From Amoebophrya sp. A120 (Eukaryota; Protista; Dinoflagellata), in the NCBI GenBank assembly GCA_905178155.1, contig CAJINV010000015.1, positions 824,390 to 885,926 on the forward strand: 61,537 nt of DNA, read 5' to 3'. Under the pieces are notes generated by a model. The model had not been told where the DNA came from and did not search any database. It saw only the letters and a program-made list of their open reading frames with translations. The position numbers were made by a program, and so were the translations under genes. Shown one piece after another: positions 1 to 11,100 of the stretch. Position 1 is the first letter of the stretch. Each line of letters opens with the position of its first letter.

Positions 1-962
1 GGGGATTCTGAAAAGCAACCTCGCTGCGCGCGCAGCGCGCGGAGAAAATTTTTCAAAGGGCCGACGGGGGTGGGGGCGCGCCACATGTGTGGGGAATGCC
101 GAGAAGCAACCGCGCCGCGCGCGCAGCGCGCGGAGAAAAATTTTGCAAGCGGCAAACGAAGGCGGGGGCGCGCCCCATGTGTGGGGGGCCCTAAGAAGCA
201 ACCTCGCCGCGCGCGCAGCGCGCGGGGGAAATTTTTTCGAAAAGCAGGCCACGCAACCAAGCGGACGCGCGCGGCTTTGGGTGCAGACGATCCGAGCCGA
301 CATACTTCGCGGCCAAGAAGACGGCAACGGTAGCAATGCCGCGCTCGCAACGCGCGGAGCAAATTTTTCAAGGGGCAGATGGAGATGGGGGCGCCCCCCA
401 TGCGTGGGCAATGCTGAGAAGCAACCTCGCTGCGCGCGCAGCGCGCGGAGGAAATTTCCAAAGGGCAGACGGGGGTGGGGGCGCGCCACATGTGCTGGGA
501 ACGTTTGGAAGCAACCTCGCCGCGCGAGCAGCGCGCGGAGAGAATTTTTCAAGCGACAGGCGAAGGTGGGGGGCGCGCCCCATGTGTAGGGAACGCGAAG
601 AAGCAATCTCGCCGCGCGCGCAGCGCGCGGAGAAAATTTTCCAAGCGGCAGACGGAGGTAGGTGCGCGCCCCATGTGTGGGGAGCGCTGACAAGACACCT
701 CGCTGCGCGCGCAGCGCGCGGAGAAAATTTTTGCGACTGACAAGCGGGCCACGCGGCCAGGCGGGGCCGCGCATTGTGTGCAGAAGAACCGCACCCACAT
801 ACTCGGCGGCCAAGACGAAGGCCGAGGCAGGAAACTCGCGCGCGCAGCACGCGGAGAAAATTTTTCAAGCGACAGACGGAGATTGGGGCGCGCCCCATGT
901 GCAGAGACGCTGAGAAACAACCTCGCCGCGCGCGCGGCGCGCGCGCGGAGAAAATTTTTCGC
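1..962. repeat. GC-rich satellite, ~90-92 bp unit, ~10 diverged copies (two longer ~135 bp variants)
   Basis: Core GCAACCTCGCYGCGCGCGCAGCGCGCGGAGAAAATTTTT...GGGGCGCGCCCCATGTGT recurs at ~16, 106, 198, 333, 421, 511, 603, 695, 830 and 917. The overlapping ORFs are repeat translations. Confidence 0.9.
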
Positions 963-2622
963 GCATTCTTCTCGATTTTTCTCAAAGCACCCGACTGGTT
1001 TTTTCTACAGTGGGAGCCCGGTTTGATTTTTTCTAGATGCTTTGTGATTTTTTCTACCGTATTTTTTTTTTCTCGACATTTCATTCACGCCAATAATGAA
1101 AAATACCAGAATTTATAAACTACAAGGTAGTACTGGAGGCCATCGATGGGACGGGTAAACTACACTCAGAAACGGGAAAATGTACCATCTTGCAACAAGC
1201 ACCACTTACTTATTTTCACAGGAGGACGCATGCATTGTCAGAAAGTCAGAAACAGAACTAAGACAAGGTGGCGTGAAAACAAAAAAAAATTCCTGCTTGA
1301 AGGTCATTCATTCTCATTTTTTTCGCTCGGGAAAAAAGCTGAGTAGTTGTAAGGAGCTATTATATTTTTTCTACACAAAAAGGCAAAGTGCCCTGTTTGG
1401 GTGTCTCGTTCTTTTAGCAGGAGGGAGACCACACAACCACGGACCTGGCGCGCCGCAGTAGTGGAGATAAACGTGATGAAGATGTTGCTTCGTCTACTTT
1501 TCGTGATATTACCGCTCATCACTTTCAAACTTTTCTCTTCGTCTTCAGCCGCTCATCAGAATTCAAATTCATTAGCATTCGCTCAAATAACAAATGACAT
1601 CCACTCATTCAGCCACGTTCTCAGTCACGCGTCTCTCACAATAACAAGCGACCTCTCTCGTGGTAGAGCCAACCCGCATCGATGCGGTCTGGGTCTCACG
1701 TCTACAACCTGGGTGGAACTTATCAATCTAATCTTCATTTGTTTGTTCGTCGACCGAAAATCAACACTTGATACTGGCGCTGCAGCTTCTACACCTTTCA
1801 ACCACACTGCGTCCTTGTTTTTTAGAGAAACAGGTCCACATCGCCCACTTCCAACCGGTGCGATTACAAGTCGCCTACTTGTTTCAGCATCTAGTTCTAA
1901 GTCTAACCTTTACAAGTCTATTGTACCAATAATTTCAATATCCGAAGACCATCATGACAGCAGGGTAAGTAGCAGCAACAGCGTTGATTGTGGTCGACCA
2001 CAAAATAGCAATTTCAATTGTTATTTTTTACAAAGGGCAGCTTGAAGATGTTCCGTGGCTTGCTTACTTTGCTATTCCTATTTCCTCGATGTAGTGCGAG
2101 AACAAAACGTAGTCGTGAACGCGATAGAATTGCTCGTAACGATAATTCACGACACAAAACTCGTATCCTTTTGATGTACATTTTGGTGGCAGTAAGTTGA
2201 AGCACAAGCTAGCAAGTTAGTAGCAGAGCATCCGTCGGCTTTCTCGTCTGTCAGGGCGAGCACCACACGAAACAGAATGACAATGAAATCAACTAAACTA
2301 CAGGAAATAGAGGTCTATAGATACTCTAGGTGGAGGTTGCGACGTGAGTCGCAAATAGAAGGCAAAAGCGGCTTAAAAACTGATAAAGAATAATTTGTAC
2401 ATTTGTTTTCTGGAAACCACTTTGTCATGATATTTCTGTCCTTTTCAAGTTTTACACAAGATGCGACGTCGTGGATCCGTGAAAAGAGTAAAGAGATCAT
2501 GCTCCCCGGAATTTCTGAATGGCACTGCCCGTGCTGGTTCTGTTGATACCTTCATTCGAAACTTCCCCCGCCTTAGCACCTGCCACCTTTAACAACTTAA
2601 GCAAGCATGCGTCTGCTTCTCT

Positions 2623-3742
2623 TTACAGCTTGGACGCCCATTAGATATAGGGGCGGTGAATTTCGAGTGATTTTAGAGGTGGCATAGAATCGTGGGGCCG
2701 GTCTTTCGGGTGGTTATGGTTCGCGGAGCAAGGGCTAGCACAAATAGAGGCAATGGCGACACGGGGCTCGTCACCACGGCGCCCTCGCATTGATTGCAAT
2801 CCCCGTCCCGGCAACGCCCAACCTACCACATTTCTCCGCGTCTTTTTTCGCGAAGCAAGTCTTTTGGTGGTTTCATGAGTTTCTCCCTTCCTTCTTAATA
2901 GCTCAGCTTCAGCGTTTTAATTTTGGACAACAAAATCGCAAAAAAACGGCACTGCCATCGGGAAAAGCTTGCATTTAAACATCATTCCCCATGGTATGAT
3001 GAGGATGCTTTTTTTGGTAAAAATCGCCGATGCGTAGTGCCGTGCTGTTTGGCGCCAAAAAACAGCTTAAAAGCACCCCCTTTCCCGATGGTATGCTGCG
3101 ATCGGTGAATTTAGCGGTGAATTTAGTTTCGGGCTGCCGGTGAATTTAGGAAATGGGGTCCGGTGAATTTAGCTTCTCCGCACCTAATTCTGGACTCAAA
3201 GCCGCCACAAAACCAACGCCCATTTTGCTACTCATTTCTAAATTCACCGGAGTCGAAAAACCCAAGCCAGAACAATCGTCTGAAATTTGCACAGGAAAGT
3301 GCCAACCTTTTGGAACATGCACGCACAAATACGAAAGGAACAAAATAGCAGGACGGAATAAGCTCTCACGGGGAATTAAAGTGGTGCCGTTTGCCGAAGC
3401 AAAAGGCGCCTGATAGATTCGGCCCCCAGGGTCCGGCCAACCATCCAAAGCACTTAGAAAACAAGGGGGGCCGCGCGAAGCTACTTCGCAGCCCATCGGG
3501 CTAGGGGCAGGGCACGGGCGGCGCAGCTATATATCGCGGCGCCCCGCCACGCATTTTTTGCTTGAAAACTTCCACCACTGCCGGAAATCTTTTGGAGCTT
3601 ACGTTGCTCGGGTTTTTCGATCAAGTGAGCGTCGACTTTTCCCCGAAGAAATATGTGCAGCGCCACTCATCAAATTCTCGAAGACCCCTAAAAATCACCG
3701 GAAATTCACCGCGCAGATATCTAATGGCCATCCAAGCTGTAA
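2623..3742. mobile_element. Non-autonomous TIR DNA transposon, 1120 bp, 8-bp TSD (hAT-like)
   Basis: ~58-bp imperfect TIR TTACAGCTTGGAYG.CCATTAGATAT...GCGGTGAATTTC. Perfect TSD GCTTCTCT at 2615-2622 and 3743-3750. Internal CGGTGAATTT repeats. No transposase ORF. Confidence 0.85.
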
Positions 3743-5114
3743 GCTTCTCTGAAAGCAGCAGCCTGCGCTTCAAAAGCGAGCTAGCTACAGAAGATGGTCT
3801 TGGAAAAATAACGTATTTTAGGGTTGACACAAGAAAATTGGGTTCACAATCAAAAAAAGTTGGTTGAGTTTGTGGTTCACACGAGCGGAATTATACGAAA
3901 GGTATTGATTTCTGACACGACGAGGCTTCTCTCCTCGCATGATCCTCACCTCTCCAATGCGCACAATAAGTTCATCAAATTACAATGTGTCACATTGATC
4001 CGGCGGGAACCATGATAAGCGCGCTCTTTTTGCAGCGAGCCAAGAAATGCAACTTTCTTGTAAAAACTCTACTGTAAAAGTACTTACGCGCAGTGGACAA
4101 CTAGTCTACGGCTCAGCTATAGTTCGTGTTGTAAAAGTCTGTGACAACTACATCCCCGCTAATATCGATTAGCAGCCACGTACCAACCCCCGTTCATATT
4201 CATACCACTGCTCCTTGCTAGCCGGGAGTTGAAATACTAGACATGGCACATCAAAATTTTGTTTGAAACCCTCTTTCAGTTACCGGTAAGACTGTAGCCG
4301 TAGCGCAGCTTGTTGTTGATTTCGATTTGGTGATTATAAAAATTATTTTGGTGTTGAAAGCTGTGAGTATCATCGTGAAGAAGAGTGAAGATCGTAATTA
4401 CGTTTAAAAATCTCAGTTCAGAGCGGAATGGAGCTGGAGTCGACATTCCGACTTCTACTTGTTAGTCTACTCTGCCATTAATATGGTCGTACTAACCACC
4501 AGAAGATTTTTTCTTGTGCTAGCACACCAGGGACAAGTTCTTGTAGCTGTAGACCTCCTCGCTTTTTGTTCCAGCAGGCCAATATACTGTCTCCTTCAAG
4601 AAGTTGTTCTTGAATTACCACCACATTGGGGCGCAATGCGTAGCCAGAACTAGTATCAGGAAATAGCATGCGACCATATTTTAGCCAGAAATAAGATTCG
4701 CGCATGGAAAAGCTACTTCTGCTTCCGACTTGCCGTCGGTAGTTGTGATCATTATTTTCATACGATAAGATAACGTGACCAGCCTGTAGAAGTAGAAGAA
4801 TTTTGTGTTTGTGTTACTGAAAAAGTTAAGCTCAGGTGTAAAAGAGTCATCTGATGAAGTTCTGAGTTTCTTCTATCAGCATTGCCTGCCGCGAATAATT
4901 TTCTTGTGATAAGACATAACCTAGTAGCGAATATTGAAGACTTCTCTCGCTCTATTACGTGGATGTAAAAGTAAAATCAACGGTAAGAAATATTGAATCA
5001 TTGCTATTGAAAACTAAAACTACCCTGTGGATCTTAACCACTCAAAGTCGTCCTCTCTGATTGGTGAGTATACGCTTTCTGGAGGTTCGCCACCGCCCCT
5101 GACGGACGTGTCCG

Positions 5115-8100
5115 CTAGTTCTCCTGGCGAGGAGCACCTGCTTGATCTACCACCACGTCTGTTTTATCAGCACCACACGCCGCACTCGCGGAGGACGATT
5201 CGTTTTTCGACCCGGCAACTACACCCGTGATGGCCTTGGTCGGAATGTAATTCGGGTTCCTCATGGCAGCCGCCCTTCCTTCCGGATATCAACACAAGCA
5301 AAAGCGTTAGCGTTAACGATTTTTACAGATTGCAGTCATGCATCACGAACATACATGCTATGCATTACAAATGCTGGCACCTTTTTAGATGCATTGCGGC
5401 AATGCATCTAAAAAGGTGCTGAATTTGTGATGCGGCAATGCCGCATTACAAATTCCGTTAACGTTAACACGTTTTCCTGTGATACCGGATACAGGTAAAT
5501 CATGCTTGGATCACGTCGATTCGTTGGCACGCTGGAGTCCCTTTGCGCGACGAAATTCTGCACATCGATGCGCCACGTCTCGAATTGTTTCCTGGTTTGG
5601 AAGTATTTTCTCAGCCTTCATCGCATTTTTTAACTCCAAGTAGTTCAAAACAATGCATATTCAAGTCAAGCTCATACCACAAAAGGAAGCAATGCACTTG
5701 TCACACAAAGCAGCAATGATCCAATGAAGTAACTCTACTTTCGTAAAAATACTTGAAGAATCTCCTCGAGTCGCCCTTTTTCATCAGTGGCGTTCCGTAT
5801 GGAAGCGTCAGGATCGAAATCGTCAAAGTTGAAATGATTTGTCATGCATAAAGTGCAAGACATGAAGCGCCTGTCTTGCCGGGATGGCAAGGGAGGCAGA
5901 TTACAAGCCTAATTAGGGTTTGGGATAGAGCTGCTAACGGAGCATGACAAAAGCAGTCAGTCTTCTGTGCCCGAACAACATGACAAATTGGATTCCGGTG
6001 CTCCATCAAACATTTGTCATGCGCCGCCTAGAAATTGGGCTTCCAACTGGTATCGATTTTATGCATCACAAGTTATTTCAACTTTGACGATTTCAATCCT
6101 GACACTTCCATATTCCTGGCCGGTCCGGTATTTCGAATTCCTGTCCGACGGCGACTCCTGACTGCGCTCTCTGCTCTTCACACAGCTCGCACAATATGCA
6201 ATACAAATTTGTTCTTGCCGTGTGCGACGTACAAAATGCATGTTGACATACTTCTGACTGTATGTAACAAGGAGCTTTGACATGCTGGATAGCTATAGCA
6301 ATGGCTGGATAGCTATACAAGTAGATGAAGACCACGAGTTTACTTGTCATACAAAGTGGTCGGTATTTTTTGTACATGCATCTCCGGCAATAAATTTCCA
6401 TTGGATACACAGCCGCTTGTAGAAGTTTGTCTGCTTGAAAGCACCGACTTCACCGTATCAAAATGAAAAATCCCCCCTCCCCATATCAAAACGGAAATTT
6501 GTGATGCTGATTTGTGGCCACAAATCAGCTTTGTATAGCGGAGAGGAATGGCGGCCAGATCCCCAGGCTAGGTAGGGGCTTATGTGTCTAGTTGTTCAGC
6601 ATGGCAAACGGCTCCCCTTTAGGCCTAACAGCATGAGAAATCGCTTCCATAATGGGGCGGAAGCTTCTGCCCTTGTCTTCTTGCAAGACAGATGTGATTT
6701 GTGGCCTCAAATCCGCAACACAAATTTTCGGAAACATACCTTTTCAATATGGGGAGGGGGGATTTTTCCTCTCAATACACCGGCATACCGCTCCAACTGT
6801 TTTTCTGGATCCAGGGACGCGGTCAGGTTGCTACTGGTCGTCATCGTGCTTTGCGCGTCATCTGGTGTCGTGGGATTTTAGCATGGTGGAGAAAAAAATC
6901 GTACTGACTTTGTCATGTGGAAATGCAAATGAAAAACTGAAAGTGAAAATCTTTTGTCATGTATACCATCCAGCGCAAGGTCTCGCTGCGCAATGGCATC
7001 CCTCCTGTGGTTCCGCTCCGGTCCGCCGTGCATGGTTCTGTTAGTTTGTGTTTGTGGGAATATTTGCCATGCGATACTGCAAGATAAGACGACGGCGCAG
7101 TTTTTCTTGTCATGCAAACCGAACCATGCTCGCTTCTGATTCTGAAGCGCTAGCGTGCCAGCATGAGAAAAAAACTGAAACCAGAAGCTGCTGTCTATAC
7201 TTTGTCTTTTTCTTGCTGGGTTTCTCTAAGACCAAGGACTCAAAAGACGCTGCGTCAGAAGCGGTGGTTGTTCGGTGCCGCTTGGAACCTTGATTCGCAC
7301 TATCGTGGACAAGCAGGCCGCCGATGAACTGATATTGATATTTTCGTGGCCATAGTTTTTTCTTTTTTTCCATAACTCGTGCTTTCATAGTGACCGAGAG
7401 GTAACTAGGAACTCAGAACAGAACTTCCTTTTCATTGTATGTATCTGTTCTTTGGACAATATCTAAATCTCCGTGCTGCATTTGCATGCGTTACGACTAC
7501 ATCAACTGTGCATGCATGCATGAGTCTTCTCCTGACTTAAGATCTTCCGGACATTTTGGAACTTACGGCACCAGAACAAAACAAAGTAAACATCATGCGC
7601 ACAAAAAAAACGAACACTTGGCAGAGCAAAAATTTCAATTTTTTTACCTCCGCGCCCTCCCGTATCGTCGGCGGCACACTGGTTTGTGAAACCATGGGAT
7701 CCATGAAGATGAAAGGCTGTTGCATTCCGGATGATGGCCTCGCTGGCGGAGCAAACATCGGCGGTCCCGGTCGATGACCGTTTAGTTGATTCGCCATCGG
7801 CGCGGCTCCTGCAGCTGCTCCGGAAGAGGTGGCAGAAGAGCTTGCGCAAGACGCGCTGGACGAGCACGAGAAATCAGTTCCCAGTCGTGAAGAAGATGCC
7901 ATTGCTCCTGCGCCCCCGACCTGTTCGGAGGTTGAGGAGGTAGTGCTGGATATGGTTTATCAAATGCAAATATGTCTGGTGTTTTGTCTGGAAGCAAGAC
8001 CTTGGCACAGCACAGCCACAGGGAAAACTTTTTGAAGAAAGAAAAGTAAAAGAGAACTACGTAGATACGCATGTAGAGAGAGATTGAAAGCATGCTATAA

Positions 8101-11100
8101 TGTCCACCGGTGGAACTGACTACTATTACTACTTGTGCTTGCACTTGCGCAACATTACATACAAATTGGGTGCAGTGAACTTCTGCCCACGGGGTCCCGC
8201 AGGCTCTACCAAGTTGCTACGCTGGCCAAAGCGCTAGGCACCTGGGAGCCTGTGGGTGCTCGCGCAGTAGTGTCATGGCCGTGCGAATAGCACACCGTGG
8301 GTGCATGCTCACTACTATTCGCTGACACTACTACCGTTCATGACCCTCTCCCCAAATGCGCATTCGAAAATAGTTAAGCTAAGAACTATCACAGCGCTCG
8401 AGTAAGGAAAAGGATCGTTACGAGCAAGAGCTTAATTAAAATAGATCAATGATTTTATACGGAAAATTTTTTTGTGACATGGAACACATGGGAAAACCTG
8501 CGTGACAAGTCTTGCAATGTTCCAGACCCAGACATACTTGCAATGCGTATGGTTTTGTTACTCACCATGCTCGAAGACAGGTTTTTGTTCTGGTCCATTA
8601 CAAGACTCGCTAACGCCGCGGTGGTGAGCTTGTTGGTTTCTGACGAGACGGATGATTGGTGTTCCACTTGGTAAGGACCCGCCTGAGAGACTACAGCATC
8701 ATGACCTCCTCCCGAAGTTGTGCCGGAGTTGCATTGGTCTTCCGTTCCCTCTTTCAGCTTCTTTTTCTGCGCCCAGACTGGGTGGAGCCTGTTCTCTTCC
8801 GCAGGTCTTGCTGCTGCGGCGGTGGTCGTGTTCTTCTGGTTCTCCTCCTCGGGATGCTGTTGAACTTCTAGGTCCGTGGACAACAGCGGCACTTTCGTAT
8901 TGAAATTCACAGGAGGGGCACAAGAAATACCTGCCGCACCACCAGCACCCAAAGCCGGAAATTCGTTTTCACTTTTAATATCCACGGGTGGTTTCTGGAT
9001 CATTTCCGGCTTTAATTCCTCCGTGATCTTTTCCCCGGTCGCCGCGAGCCGCAGTTTCAGCTCGTTCTCGTCCGTTTTTCGTAAATACTGCTCACACTCC
9101 CGCTGAAACACCGACCCGGGCGTTGCCAGCGCGGACACGGCCTGGTGCAGATTTGGTGGCATGAAGATGGGTTGGTCGCTGTCAAAGGTCGCAATGTCGA
9201 AATCAGGCGGGATCCAGATCTTTTCGTTGTTCAGCGCGATCAGAACCCCATCGCCGGTTTTTCGGGCGGTGAGCAGGGCCTTCTTCATTTCCTGTCTCAC
9301 TTCGTGCGGGATGAAAACCTGGTTGTGGAAAAGCGGATTGAGCTCGCCGGTTTCCTTATTTTCTGGCATCGCTGAACAAGAGGAAATAGAGGAACAGTTG
9401 CTCTGGTTCAAGAGACTGTGGTTGTAGCAGCTGCTGCTCGCGTTACTGCTGGCTCCAGAGATGTCAGAAGAAGCAGCTGCCCCCTTACGCTTCATTTTTC
9501 TTCCTCTTCGCGACGAAGATTCGACTGATTGCGGACCGGAAGAACAAGAACCTCCGGGGAAATTCTGGTCATTCGGGAAAAACATCATACCTCCTGGCGC
9601 ATTGTTTACTCCCAGTAACTGGTCGAAAGAGAGGAGGCTGCTGTCAACGCCACTTGCAGTGCCATTGTTTATTCCCCAGTGCGAAGTAGATCCTGCGCCG
9701 TTCTGTGGCCAGTTGAAACTGAAATTCTCCACGGAGTTGTTGTCAGATGCACCCCCAAACCCGGAAATAGAGGAGCAGTTGTCGCTGCCGTTTTCAAGGG
9801 AGCTGATATCAAACATGTCGTCAATTTCCGAATTGTTGCTGTTCACCGTGTTTTGCCGTCGAAGATCAGCTGCCCCAGCACCGTTAGGATCCTGATCTCC
9901 TCCGGCCGTATTCGTGCTGCTGGTGTCGCGGCCTCCGGGATTGATACTATCACTCGGCAGCGGGATCAGCTGCCCGGCCGCGATAAGGGCCGCGAGATCC
10001 TCGGGGCTTTGCTCAACTGCGGGTCTGTCGGCGCTACAAGAAGTGGACAACTTCATTTCCACATCTATGCTGTCAGCTGGCGGCGGTGGCGTTTTGCTGA
10101 GTGAGGAACTAGAATTCATGCCAGTTGCAGTGCTATCGCATGCAGCTCCTGCACCCGGCTGCTGCATAGAGCCCCCTGGAGGCCCTGCTCCGAACTCTGA
10201 ACTGGTACTAGTATTGTGATCCACCGCACTGACGGGCGTAACCGTGGTCATTGTCGTCGTGTGGTTTGCGGTCGGCATCTTATGCAATGCAAAAGCATCG
10301 TACTCGTAGTATTAATCGCAGATATGCATTACAAATACAAATCTCAACCCAAAAGTAAAACAGCATAACAAATCCTATTTCTCATGCTGAGCACATTTGC
10401 ATTGCAATTTATACTAGGAGACCACTACGATGTTTTTGCAAATCATACATCTGCAGGTCCAACAAGTTTTCCATGCGCAGCCCGTTGCTCGCGCCCGGGC
10501 ACCCGTTGAAGGAAAAGTCGTTTTCTTCCTTGAATAGAGACAGAGACTCGGAAGATGACATGAAGGATTTCTGCAACAGATTTTCTTTCCCGACGGTTTT
10601 GTTAAAAAACTCGCTGATTGGCTTGTTCAGATCCGCGTCTATTATCGTGGAAAAACTCGTGTCAAAAACGCCAGCCGGAAGCGGGTTGTTCTGACCTTGC
10701 TGGAGGTCGTACTGCTGATGGCCGTTCGTACTAGCGCTAAAGGCCTGCTCGTTGCTGTTGTGCGAAGGAGCGTTATTATTGTTGCTCATCCCCGCAGCAC
10801 TACTACTGGGTGAAGCAACTAGTCTCCCGAAGTTCCGCATCATCTTGTGATGCTCGATTTTTTGCGCGATCAAGTCCGGCCCGCCGCCGACAATGTCTTG
10901 CACTACCTCCGGGGGCAGTGTGTGAAACGTCGCCGGCTGGACGTGGACGTACAGCTGCTGTTGACCGGTTCCCGAGGAAAAATCTGCTCCTCCAGGTCCG
11001 CCCTTGCATGGATTTTCGCCTTTCTTGCCCGCGGCCCCTTTGCTCGATTTGGATTTTCCCTTGCCCTTCACAGCTTGTTTCCCAGCAGCACCGTCATGTT

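Noticed and set aside
70-1118. Overlapping ORFs containing ARAARG repeats
   Set aside because: They are translations of the GC-rich satellite, open in several frames on both strands.
1401-2045. 214-aa plus-strand ORF
   Set aside because: GTG start, against the strand of all other genes, and no recognisable motif.
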